From a virus (Duplodnaviria; Caudoviricetes): a stretch of 57,043 bases of DNA. The stretch spans positions 1 through 57,043 of IMG/VR virus record IMGVR_UViG_3300007735_000759; one strand, given 5' to 3'. The notes under the pieces were generated by a model, which saw nothing but the letters and a program-made list of their open reading frames with translations, had not been told where the DNA came from and searched no databases. Made by a program: the position numbers and the translations under genes. Within the stretch, counting starts at the first letter, position 1. Every line of letters starts with the position of its first letter. Shown piece by piece: positions 48,814 to 56,735 of the stretch.

Positions 48814-49098
48814 CTAACCAACAATTAAGTTTTTGTTTTTATTTGTTTGAATTTTTATGGCGTCCTTTAAACAAAATGATAAATGAGGAATGTCATCTAT
48901 TATGAATTTATTTTCATGATTGGGATCTTCTTTAATTCTGTATTTAGCCAACATCTCATTGTAATACTCCTCAAAATTACCTTTATAACTGCATCTTAAA
49001 TCACATTCTATTTGTTTGGTCACTTGATTATAAACAATTGCCCTATTAAGTATAGTTGCGTGAGCCTTTTTTATTAACTCAAATTCGCTCTTTTCCAT
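48814..49098 (-). CDS. hypothetical protein between the duplicated genes
   Basis: 94 aa, tightly packed. Confidence 0.65.
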   Translation of the reverse strand: MEKSEFELIKKAHATILNRAIVYNQVTKQIECDLRCSYKGNFEEYYNEMLAKYRIKEDPNHENKFIIDDIPHLSFCLKDAIKIQTNKNKNLIVG

Positions 49099-49103
49099 TT
49101 TCT

Positions 49104-49973
49104 TTATTCCTTAATAATAATTCCGTTTATTTGCTTTTCTGTTAACAAAAGAATTTCTCTCGAGGATTCTTTGTTAAAAACAGTATTACTGAAAATAGCT
49201 TTATGATACGTGTTGTCATTAAAATCGCATGTGGACAAATCTTTGTTAGTAAAGTCGGAGCTTTCAAAATTGCACATCCTATAATCGTTGTATTGACTTT
49301 CTTCTGAAAAAATTATTTTTGGCATGTCGCACATAGTAAAGGAGCAGCTTTGTGTGCCCGTAAGTTGACAGGTATCTAATGAACAGTGTATGAAGTTGTT
49401 GTGCTCTAAGTATTCAGGAAATTGTGAATAATTAAAATCACATTCTACAAAATTATTTGAAATAATTGCCGAAGGGGCAATTTCAAATGGCTTATCCTCA
49501 TCATTATTGTGCGTGAAAAGTATTTTGCACTCTCGGAAATAACAATTAATAATTTCTGAATCTGAAATGTCTCGTAATTCAATATCGGTCTCTAAAAACT
49601 TGCATTCAGAAAATGCAACATTCTTTGAATAATTTGTTTCAATTAATAAGTCGGAAAATTTACATTTTTCAAAAACGATATTATCGAAATTATTTCCTTC
49701 GCAACAATAAAGCCGACTTCTTCCTATATTGCATTTATAAAATTCAGAATTGGCTAAGTCTGTATCTAAATTACACTTATCAAAAAAACATGTTGTAAAT
49801 TTTGAGCCCTCTAAATCTTTTAAAAACATACAATTATTAAACCTGCATTTAATAAATTCCGAACCTTCTAAATTTTCTTTAAAATTGCAATTTATAAATT
49901 CTACGTTTTCAAAGATATCTTGTTTACCTGATTTCCCATGTATGTCTTGGTTTTCTATTTTTTTATATTCCAT
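49104..49973 (-). CDS. pentapeptide-repeat protein, copy B
   Basis: As copy A plus one extra 19-aa coil. Confidence 0.88.
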   Translation of the reverse strand: MEYKKIENQDIHGKSGKQDIFENVEFINCNFKENLEGSEFIKCRFNNCMFLKDLEGSKFTTCFFDKCNLDTDLANSEFYKCNIGRSRLYCCEGNNFDNIVFEKCKFSDLLIETNYSKNVAFSECKFLETDIELRDISDSEIINCYFRECKILFTHNNDEDKPFEIAPSAIISNNFVECDFNYSQFPEYLEHNNFIHCSLDTCQLTGTQSCSFTMCDMPKIIFSEESQYNDYRMCNFESSDFTNKDLSTCDFNDNTYHKAIFSNTVFNKESSREILLLTEKQINGIIIKE

Positions 49974-50088
49974 TTTTAAATCCTTAATATGTTTTGTTTT
50001 ACTAAACTTAATTTATCCGCTTGACACTTTTGTGTCGAGTTGAAAACTCTTTAATTTTTCTCTTTTTCCATGCATAAAAACGTGCTAT

Positions 50089-50104
50089 TTTTAATAAAAT
50101 TTTA
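50089..50104 (+). promoter_or_regulatory. repeated late-gene upstream motif
   Basis: TTTTAATAAAATTTTA before terS. Confidence 0.45.
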
Positions 50105-50183
50105 GTATATTTTTAATATTGTGGAATTCGGGATAGCCGAAAATTACCGCTTTTAAAATATGGTCTTTTGTAAAAGGTTGAAG

Positions 50184-50591
50184 ATGGCTGATAGAGATGA
50201 AAAAGGCTGGTTTTTACCAGGAAACCAAATCGCAAAAATGAAAAGGAAAGACACACCGAATATTCTCGCTCTGCAAGATAAAGTTGTGTTTGAAAAACTT
50301 GCTGATTGGGCCGAACGTAAAATCTTACAGGGCGATGAGAAATTCAATACGGCTCTTTACTTAAGTTTGGTGGGCAAATGCAATGCGGTTAAAGACTTGC
50401 CTGAGAAATTCGATTTGGGGAAAACTCAAAACTTTAAAGACATTGATGATGCTTTGGAAAAAGTTATTAAAGCTTTGGCGGATGGCGAAATAACCCATGC
50501 GGAGGCTGAATCGTTTGAAAAAAGATTGGCTTCAAAATTTTCTTTTTTACAAGCAGCATTGCAAATGCCTAAAGAAAATGTCGAATCTTGA
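50184..50591 (+). CDS. terS: terminase small subunit (putative)
   Basis: RDEKGWFLPGN N-terminal motif; GEIT..EA; directly upstream of terL. Confidence 0.7.
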   Translation: MADRDEKGWFLPGNQIAKMKRKDTPNILALQDKVVFEKLADWAERKILQGDEKFNTALYLSLVGKCNAVKDLPEKFDLGKTQNFKDIDDALEKVIKALADGEITHAEAESFEKRLASKFSFLQAALQMPKENVES

Positions 50592-50594
50592 TTT

Positions 50595-52244
50595 ATGGCA
50601 GTTTTTAAGGTTTTTAAACCTCAATACGATTCTTCGCTATTTGTCACAAAATCACAAAAAATTGTTGATGAGGCGGAGACGTTAAGCGATGATTTTTATT
50701 CTTTTGCTGCCGCCGCGTGGCCGATTGTAGAGGGTAAAGAATTAAAAAAAGCTTATTTCGTCGACGCAATTTGTTTGCATTTGGAAAGCTGTTATTACAG
50801 TTACATTAAAAACCTCATATTAAATTGCCCTCCTCGCATGGGCAAGTCTACATTAGTTTCTATTTTGTTTCATCCGTGGGTCTGGACTAAAGAACCTCAT
50901 TTAAAATTCATTTTTTCTTGTTATAACCAAGAACTGTCTCACCGCGACTCTCGAAAAGCATTACGTTTAATCCGTTCTGATTGGTATCAGCAACGGTGGG
51001 GTGATAAAGTAATCCTACAAAAAGATCTTCAAGGCGTAGGTATGTATGAAAACAAAGCGACCGGTGTTCGTTACTCAACATCTGTAGAGAGCGGCGGAAC
51101 TGGCTTTGGCTCTCATTTCTCTGTTTTCGACGATTTGAATAACATTCAACATGTTAAATCGGATGCCGATAGAAAGAACATAAACCGTTATTTTTCTGAA
51201 GTTATGACAACCCGTATTGAAGATGCTTACAGAAATTGCCGTATTATTACGCAACAACGTACGCATGTTGAAGATGTTAGCGGTTATACAATTGCTAACG
51301 ACAGGGCTGGCTCTTGGTGTGTTTTGTCGCTTCCAATGAAATACGAGACGGGCAATAAATGCACGACTTACCCTTTTGGTAATGACGAGCCTTGGGAAGA
51401 TTGGCGCACTCGCGAAGAAGAGTTATTGCACCCCGATCTTATCCCTCAGACAATGATTGATGAGTGGGAAGCTGGTTGGAATTATGATCCATATATTATT
51501 GCGGGCCAAATGCAGCAAAGACCTACGCCTTTGGGTGGTGGTTTATTAAAGGCGGATTATTTCCAAAAATGGAAAGAACCCGACTTGCCTTCGTTTAAAT
51601 ACATACTCCAAAGTTGGGACACAGCAACTACGGCTAAAGAAACTGATGGCAGTAGTTTTTCGGCTTGCACAACATGGGGTGTCTTCACCAACCGGGACGA
51701 TGAGTCATTAAACGATGTTATGCTTTTGTCGGCGTGTCAGGGTAAGTGGGATGCTCCCACACTATTTACAATGGCATTGAGGCTCTATCACAATATTTTT
51801 GATACAAATCCAGACGGCCCGGAGCTAAATAGTTCATTTAAGCCAAGTGTTGTTTTGGTTGAAAATAAAAGTAGCGGGCCTGGATTAATCCAAGTTTTGC
51901 AAAAACAAAATATTGACGTGAGAGGGTTTGAACCTCGCAAGTACGGAGACAAGACCCACCGTGTCATGATGGCTTCGCACATAATCGGCAATAAGCGTGT
52001 ATGGTTACGTACAACGAAAAGTTCTGATTATGAGGAGCTTACGGCTGAATCCGAGCTTGCTTTACGATATTTTGCAATGTTTGGCCCAACTTCCCCAAAC
52101 GATCTTACTGATACGTTAAGCCAGGCCATTATCTTTTTAGAAAAAAACAACTTATTGCTGCATTCGACTTACTGGCGACAAGCTACGTTGCCATGGCAGC
52201 AACCGAATTATACCGAATTAAAACGTTCCGATCTGATGATGTAG
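50595..52244 (+). CDS. terL: terminase large subunit
   Basis: NCPPRMGKS Walker A; VFDD Walker B; QQR; QSWDTA; VENKSSG; NDLTD nuclease motifs. Confidence 0.95.
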   Translation: MAVFKVFKPQYDSSLFVTKSQKIVDEAETLSDDFYSFAAAAWPIVEGKELKKAYFVDAICLHLESCYYSYIKNLILNCPPRMGKSTLVSILFHPWVWTKEPHLKFIFSCYNQELSHRDSRKALRLIRSDWYQQRWGDKVILQKDLQGVGMYENKATGVRYSTSVESGGTGFGSHFSVFDDLNNIQHVKSDADRKNINRYFSEVMTTRIEDAYRNCRIITQQRTHVEDVSGYTIANDRAGSWCVLSLPMKYETGNKCTTYPFGNDEPWEDWRTREEELLHPDLIPQTMIDEWEAGWNYDPYIIAGQMQQRPTPLGGGLLKADYFQKWKEPDLPSFKYILQSWDTATTAKETDGSSFSACTTWGVFTNRDDESLNDVMLLSACQGKWDAPTLFTMALRLYHNIFDTNPDGPELNSSFKPSVVLVENKSSGPGLIQVLQKQNIDVRGFEPRKYGDKTHRVMMASHIIGNKRVWLRTTKSSDYEELTAESELALRYFAMFGPTSPNDLTDTLSQAIIFLEKNNLLLHSTYWRQATLPWQQPNYTELKRSDLMM

Positions 52245-52250
52245 GGGGCT

Positions 52251-54803
52251 ATGATGGGATTAAACCAGCAAATTGGTCAAGAAATTGACTTAGGTAACCA
52301 TGGTGAGAAAATTAAATTTCTTGAGGATGGCACGTCTGTCTATCTTGGTAAACAGTATCCTGTATCTTTACGTAACGGAAATGATGTTGGTTTTTATGAT
52401 AACCTAGTTGAAGAGCTAGACCCTTTTGAATTGGGCCAGATTGGTAGTACGTTATCAGACTTAATTGAAAGTGACATTGATAGCCAGAAGCCTTATCGAC
52501 AGGGCCTTGCTGACGTTATTAAATTGCTAGGTTTGTCTTTGGATAATGCAGGGTCAACGGATGGCGGCACAATAAATGTTGTTTCAACGACGCTTTTCGA
52601 AACCGTTTGTCACATTGTTGCTTCGGCGTCTAATTCACTCCTCCCCGCGCAAAACATGGCTAAGACAGTTGTATTTGGTGAGATTACAGAACAAACAGAG
52701 CAAGTGGCTAAACGCCTTGAATACTATTACGATTATTACTTTCAAGAAAAACTTAAACATTTTAGAGCTGAACAGCTACGTACCTTTATGTGGGCATGTG
52801 TAGCAGGTTGCGTCTATAAAAAAGTTCTAATTGATCCTTATCATAACAGGCCGGACTCATTGTTTATTAGACCAGGTGATTTTGTAATTAACAAGGCTTA
52901 CTCTACTCATCTTTCGTGCCCGCGCCGAACGGAAATTAAAAGGATGACAAAGCGCGAATATGATTATTTAGTGAATACAGGATTTTACACTGATAACGCT
53001 TTTTATTCCGAAAATGTAAATAGCAGCGAAACGGGACATGAAATACAAACGGAACTTGATTCAATTTCGGGTACTCAACCCAATGTTTCTTCGGATGAAT
53101 ACGACCGAAACTATGTCCTTTACGAAAGCCATGTGCATTTTCTTGTAAAAAGTGATAGAGAAAAAAATCGGTATAATTATGTATCACCTTACATAATTAC
53201 ATTAGACTCACAAACCAAAAAGGTTGTAAGAATTTGCCGAAACTGGCGGAGAGAAGATATTACTCGTGAAGAAATACAATTCTATGTAGATTACAACCTA
53301 TTGCCGTCTTTAGAAGGGGATGGTTATGGCATGATGCACTATGCAGCGGACAGCGCGGAGGCTGCAACTGCAATGAAGCGTCTGATTTTAAAGGCTACAA
53401 CCTATGCCAGTTTCCCTGGCGGAATTTATGATGCAGGAGTTAGATTAGAATCTAATAGCATTAGTCCTATGCCAGGCCAATACGTGCCATTAAATTTAGG
53501 TGGGCGCAAAGCGTCAGAGGTGCTAGAAACGCTCCCTTTCCGTGATGCCTCCGATGTTGCTATTCAATTTCAAAAAGAGATTGAGCAAACAATACGAAAC
53601 CCTAGCGACATCATTAATGACACGATTGCAGAGATGGCCCCAAGCGCACCTACTGGTTCTGTACTTGCCATTCTAGAAACGTTACAACGTGTCCCTAATT
53701 TAATCCTCCAAGGTTTCCACTCTTCATTTTCTCTAGAGTTACAGCTTTTTCAACAAAGATTTTACGAATGGTTTTCGCCTACCGAGTCGTACCCCTTTTT
53801 AGTTCCTGGCGGCGAACATGCTTTAATGAAAGAGGATTTTGGACCTAAATATAAAGTCATGGCTTCTTCAGACCCTACCATGCAAAACTCAGCATATCGA
53901 TTGATGTTGTCTGAGCTTGTTCTTGGGAAAGCTTTAGAATCGCCTGACTTACACGATCTAAGAGAATCTTATTTGTATTTTTACAAGAACTTAGGTTTAT
54001 CGCAGGAAAAAATTGACAAAATCTTACTTCCAAAACCTGAGCAGCCAGAAATGAAACCTATTGACCCTGCAACAGAAAATGCAGATTTAATAAATGGTAA
54101 AGGAGCAAAAGCTTTTGTGTTCCAAGATCATTTAGCACATATGACGGTGCATGATATAATTCTGCAAGATCCAAATCAAGACCCTGGCGTTATCGCTGCT
54201 ACTCAAGCGCATAAAAAAGAGCACGAGGGGATGCAATTCTTAGTTGAGTTGCAAACGCGCATGAATACGCCAATCCCTGAAAACGTTTCAGATTTGCAGC
54301 CGCAAGAACAAAATCAATTGGCTATCTTGCAAGCTCAAGCTGTGCAACAAATGCAAAATGCAGATGCAGAGCAAAACCCTGCACCAGAAGCCCCGATAGA
54401 TCCAGGTCGTGCGCAAATTCAAGATGCGGAAATTAAAGCTCAAACGGCTCGTGAAAATTTGCAATTCGATATGCAGAAATTAGAAATTGATGTGCAGCTG
54501 AAAGAATCCCAAAGAGATTTTGAAATGCAAAAAGTTCAATTGGAAACAGAAATAAAACATCGTGAATTAGATTTGAAAGCGCAAGAGGCTGAATCTCGAC
54601 AACTGCAAGCGACCCATGCTATGCAAATAAAAGAACTTGAGTTACAATACAAAATGAAAATCGATGATCTTAAGAATCAATTGGCAGATAAGAAAATGCA
54701 ATTAGATCAAATCAATAAAGAGAAAGATTTTGAATTAAATTCGCTTAAGGCGGGTCATGACATGGCTAATCAGCAAAATCAATTTGTAGAGCAACAGGAT
54801 TAA
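52251..54803 (+). CDS. portal protein
   Basis: FYDNL.E, G..YKKV, GYG..H, AP.G..LA.LE and DPATEN…AF..QDH.AH motifs; long C-terminal coiled coil; follows terL. Confidence 0.88.
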   Translation: MMGLNQQIGQEIDLGNHGEKIKFLEDGTSVYLGKQYPVSLRNGNDVGFYDNLVEELDPFELGQIGSTLSDLIESDIDSQKPYRQGLADVIKLLGLSLDNAGSTDGGTINVVSTTLFETVCHIVASASNSLLPAQNMAKTVVFGEITEQTEQVAKRLEYYYDYYFQEKLKHFRAEQLRTFMWACVAGCVYKKVLIDPYHNRPDSLFIRPGDFVINKAYSTHLSCPRRTEIKRMTKREYDYLVNTGFYTDNAFYSENVNSSETGHEIQTELDSISGTQPNVSSDEYDRNYVLYESHVHFLVKSDREKNRYNYVSPYIITLDSQTKKVVRICRNWRREDITREEIQFYVDYNLLPSLEGDGYGMMHYAADSAEAATAMKRLILKATTYASFPGGIYDAGVRLESNSISPMPGQYVPLNLGGRKASEVLETLPFRDASDVAIQFQKEIEQTIRNPSDIINDTIAEMAPSAPTGSVLAILETLQRVPNLILQGFHSSFSLELQLFQQRFYEWFSPTESYPFLVPGGEHALMKEDFGPKYKVMASSDPTMQNSAYRLMLSELVLGKALESPDLHDLRESYLYFYKNLGLSQEKIDKILLPKPEQPEMKPIDPATENADLINGKGAKAFVFQDHLAHMTVHDIILQDPNQDPGVIAATQAHKKEHEGMQFLVELQTRMNTPIPENVSDLQPQEQNQLAILQAQAVQQMQNADAEQNPAPEAPIDPGRAQIQDAEIKAQTARENLQFDMQKLEIDVQLKESQRDFEMQKVQLETEIKHRELDLKAQEAESRQLQATHAMQIKELELQYKMKIDDLKNQLADKKMQLDQINKEKDFELNSLKAGHDMANQQNQFVEQQD

Positions 54804-54826
54804 CGGATAAATGGAAAGAGAACATA

Positions 54827-55294
54827 ATGACTATTTCTTCATTAGACGCCGCCAAACAAATGTGTGAATTGAGCAATTGGACTCTAACCCATCTCAAATT
54901 GCAGAAGCTTCTTTATTTAGCCCATATGGTGCATTTGGGTCGAACGGGGAAGCCTTTAATAAGTGAAAATTTTGAAGCTTGGACATATGGGCCAATTATT
55001 CCTTCTTTATATAAAAAATTAGGTTTTTTTGGAAATTCAGAAATTAAAAATATTTTTCATATGGTAAATTCACCTTCTTCTCATGATGAAATTATTAAAA
55101 GTATATATGATTTTTTTGGGAAAAAAGAATCGTGGGAGCTATCAAGATTAACCCGTTCTCTAAAGGGAGCGTGGGTGAAAAATTATAATTTAGACTGCCA
55201 AAGAATAATCCCAAATTCTGATATTTTAGAAGAGTACAAAAAAAGACAGATAAAGAAAGATGAACAAAATGTACACGCCTCAACATGTCACTAA
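54827..55294 (+). CDS. Panacea (SocA/DUF4065) antitoxin-like protein
   Basis: LTHLKLQKLLYLA…FEAWTYGPIIPSLY…GAW. Confidence 0.92.
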   Translation: MTISSLDAAKQMCELSNWTLTHLKLQKLLYLAHMVHLGRTGKPLISENFEAWTYGPIIPSLYKKLGFFGNSEIKNIFHMVNSPSSHDEIIKSIYDFFGKKESWELSRLTRSLKGAWVKNYNLDCQRIIPNSDILEEYKKRQIKKDEQNVHASTCH

Positions 55295-55754
55295 TTTCAT
55301 TCTTGAAAAAGCAGAAAGAGAAAGGCTGTCTATTACCCCGGTAAAGTTGTTTAAGCTAGTGTACTTGATATATGGATGGGTGTTAGCTGTTTTAGATAAG
55401 CGTTTGTTTGATGAACCGATCCAAGCATGGAAATTAGGCCCTGTTGTTCCTTCTTTATATCACGAATTTAAAAGATTCGGTGAGAATCCAATTACTGAAA
55501 AATCGGTATACATGGACGAAGAAAGCCAAGTTTCTTATCCCTTTTTAAACGTTGATGAATCAACTGCTATGGTGATGACTAAAGCCTGGGAGGTATATAG
55601 TCCTTTCGCCGCCTCTGCATTGGTTAATAAAACGCATGAGCCAGGAAATCCCTGGTTTAAATATTATACGAAAGAAGAAAAACACATTCTTATTCCTGAT
55701 GAAGAAATTAAGGAGTATTTTGTAAAAAAGATTAGTAGATATGTTGACTGTTAA
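55260..55754 (+). CDS. Panacea (SocA/DUF4065) antitoxin-like protein
   Basis: ITPVKLFKLVY…IQAWKLGPVVPSLYHEFK…THEPGNPW. Confidence 0.92.
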   Translation: MNKMYTPQHVTNFILEKAERERLSITPVKLFKLVYLIYGWVLAVLDKRLFDEPIQAWKLGPVVPSLYHEFKRFGENPITEKSVYMDEESQVSYPFLNVDESTAMVMTKAWEVYSPFAASALVNKTHEPGNPWFKYYTKEEKHILIPDEEIKEYFVKKISRYVDC

Positions 55755-55927
55755 CCATTTTGCTAACGTCAGCAAAATGGTGTTTCTAATTTCAATTCGC
55801 GGCAAATTGTCACGATCTTATTTTCTTAAAATAGTCGAAATGGCTGACTACCATTTTCGTGACGTTACGGAAATGGTCATTGGTAGCTTGCTGACTATTT
55901 TCAGTTATTCGATTTTTTCGAATAACT
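55754..55927. repeat. array of four to five different palindromes
   Basis: ACCATTTTGCT-N6-AGCAAAATGGT; TCGCGGCAAATTGTCACGA; ACCATTTTCGTGACGTTACGGAAATGGT; AGTTATTCGA-TTTTT-TCGAATAACT. Confidence 0.85.
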
Positions 55928-56135
55928 CAATTTCCTTTTCATTTGAAGGTGATTTGTTTAAAAGTTTTTTAATATCTTCAGCGCGCCATACTATAATTCT
56001 TGAGCTGAATTTGACTGGCTTAGGAAAAAGACCCGTTTTTACGCCTTTTAACCATGTAGTTCTGCCAACTGGGATAATTTTTAAAACAGAACGAAGAGAT
56101 AGCAATTTATTTTCTGACAGAAAATCTGGGTTCAT
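55905..56135 (-). CDS. alpA: AlpA family regulator
   Basis: LLSLRSVLKIIPVGRTTWLKGVKTG.FPKPVK…WRAEDI. Confidence 0.88.
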   Translation of the reverse strand: MNPDFLSENKLLSLRSVLKIIPVGRTTWLKGVKTGLFPKPVKFSSRIIVWRAEDIKKLLNKSPSNEKEIELFEKIE

Positions 56136-56294
56136 TAAAAAAACTCCTATTAAGATTAATATTTATTAACGAACAGTATCACACTTTGTGAAATTCTAAG
56201 ACAAATAAATTAAAGAATTTTAAAATGTCAATCGATCTTATCCGCTCTAGGTAGCTATCTTATTGCGCCCCTTCTCTCAATCGTATATAATTAA

Positions 56295-56310
56295 TTTTAA
56301 TAAAATTTTA
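56295..56310 (+). promoter_or_regulatory. repeated late-gene upstream motif
   Basis: TTTTAATAAAATTTTA. Confidence 0.45.
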
Positions 56311-56325
56311 TCAAACGAGAGCGCT

Positions 56326-56619
56326 ATGAAAAAGTGTAACATGAGCACAATTGAGATTCTTACTAAGCACGGGGGCGAGTCTGATCATAAAGCTGCCGGG
56401 GGTATGATGAAAATGATGCCGTCCGCTAACTTTAAAACAGGCGGTGTAGCAAAGAAAGCTGCTGGGGGAGGTATCGGAGGTCATGAAAAAGAACGTCGGG
56501 AAAAAATGGATTCTGGCAAGAAAATGTTTAGAAAAGAGGGTGGTACCATCCCTCTGCCTCATAAAGGCGAGAAAATTGCAACCATGATGAAAGTAAGAAA
56601 AGACACAGGGAAACTGTAA
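56326..56619 (+). CDS. small Lys/Gly/Met-rich protein with xxGG repeats (probable internal head protein)
   Basis: KHGG, AAGG, KTGG, AAGG, KEGG. Confidence 0.6.
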   Translation: MKKCNMSTIEILTKHGGESDHKAAGGMMKMMPSANFKTGGVAKKAAGGGIGGHEKERREKMDSGKKMFRKEGGTIPLPHKGEKIATMMKVRKDTGKL

Positions 56620-56735
56620 TAAAATTATATTTGATTTATCTAAAATTTTAAATTAATATTGTTTTAGGAAGTCAGTTATTCTCTTTCGGGCTTCCTACTA
56701 CAGGTCTTTAACTTTTTCATTATACAGGTCTTTTT

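Noticed and set aside
47987-49973. Diversity-generating retroelement TR/VR pair
   Set aside because: No reverse transcriptase in the genome, both copies are full genes, and the differences are not restricted to adenines.
349-53187. Numerous short antisense or overlapping ORFs in the track (e.g. 349-534, 8274-8702, 11974-12207, 45006-45350)
   Set aside because: They are shadows of well-supported genes on the other strand or frame and carry no motifs of their own.
55754-55927. CRISPR array
   Set aside because: No constant repeat with regular spacers and no cas genes; the units are different palindromes.
55741-56169. 142-aa + strand ORF as a real dinD gene
   Set aside because: Only two short DinD-like motifs are present, and most of the ORF is antisense to a clear alpA gene.
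56179-56191. TCACACTTTGTGA as another family-type palindrome
   Set aside because: Arms are only 5 bp, too short to distinguish from chance.
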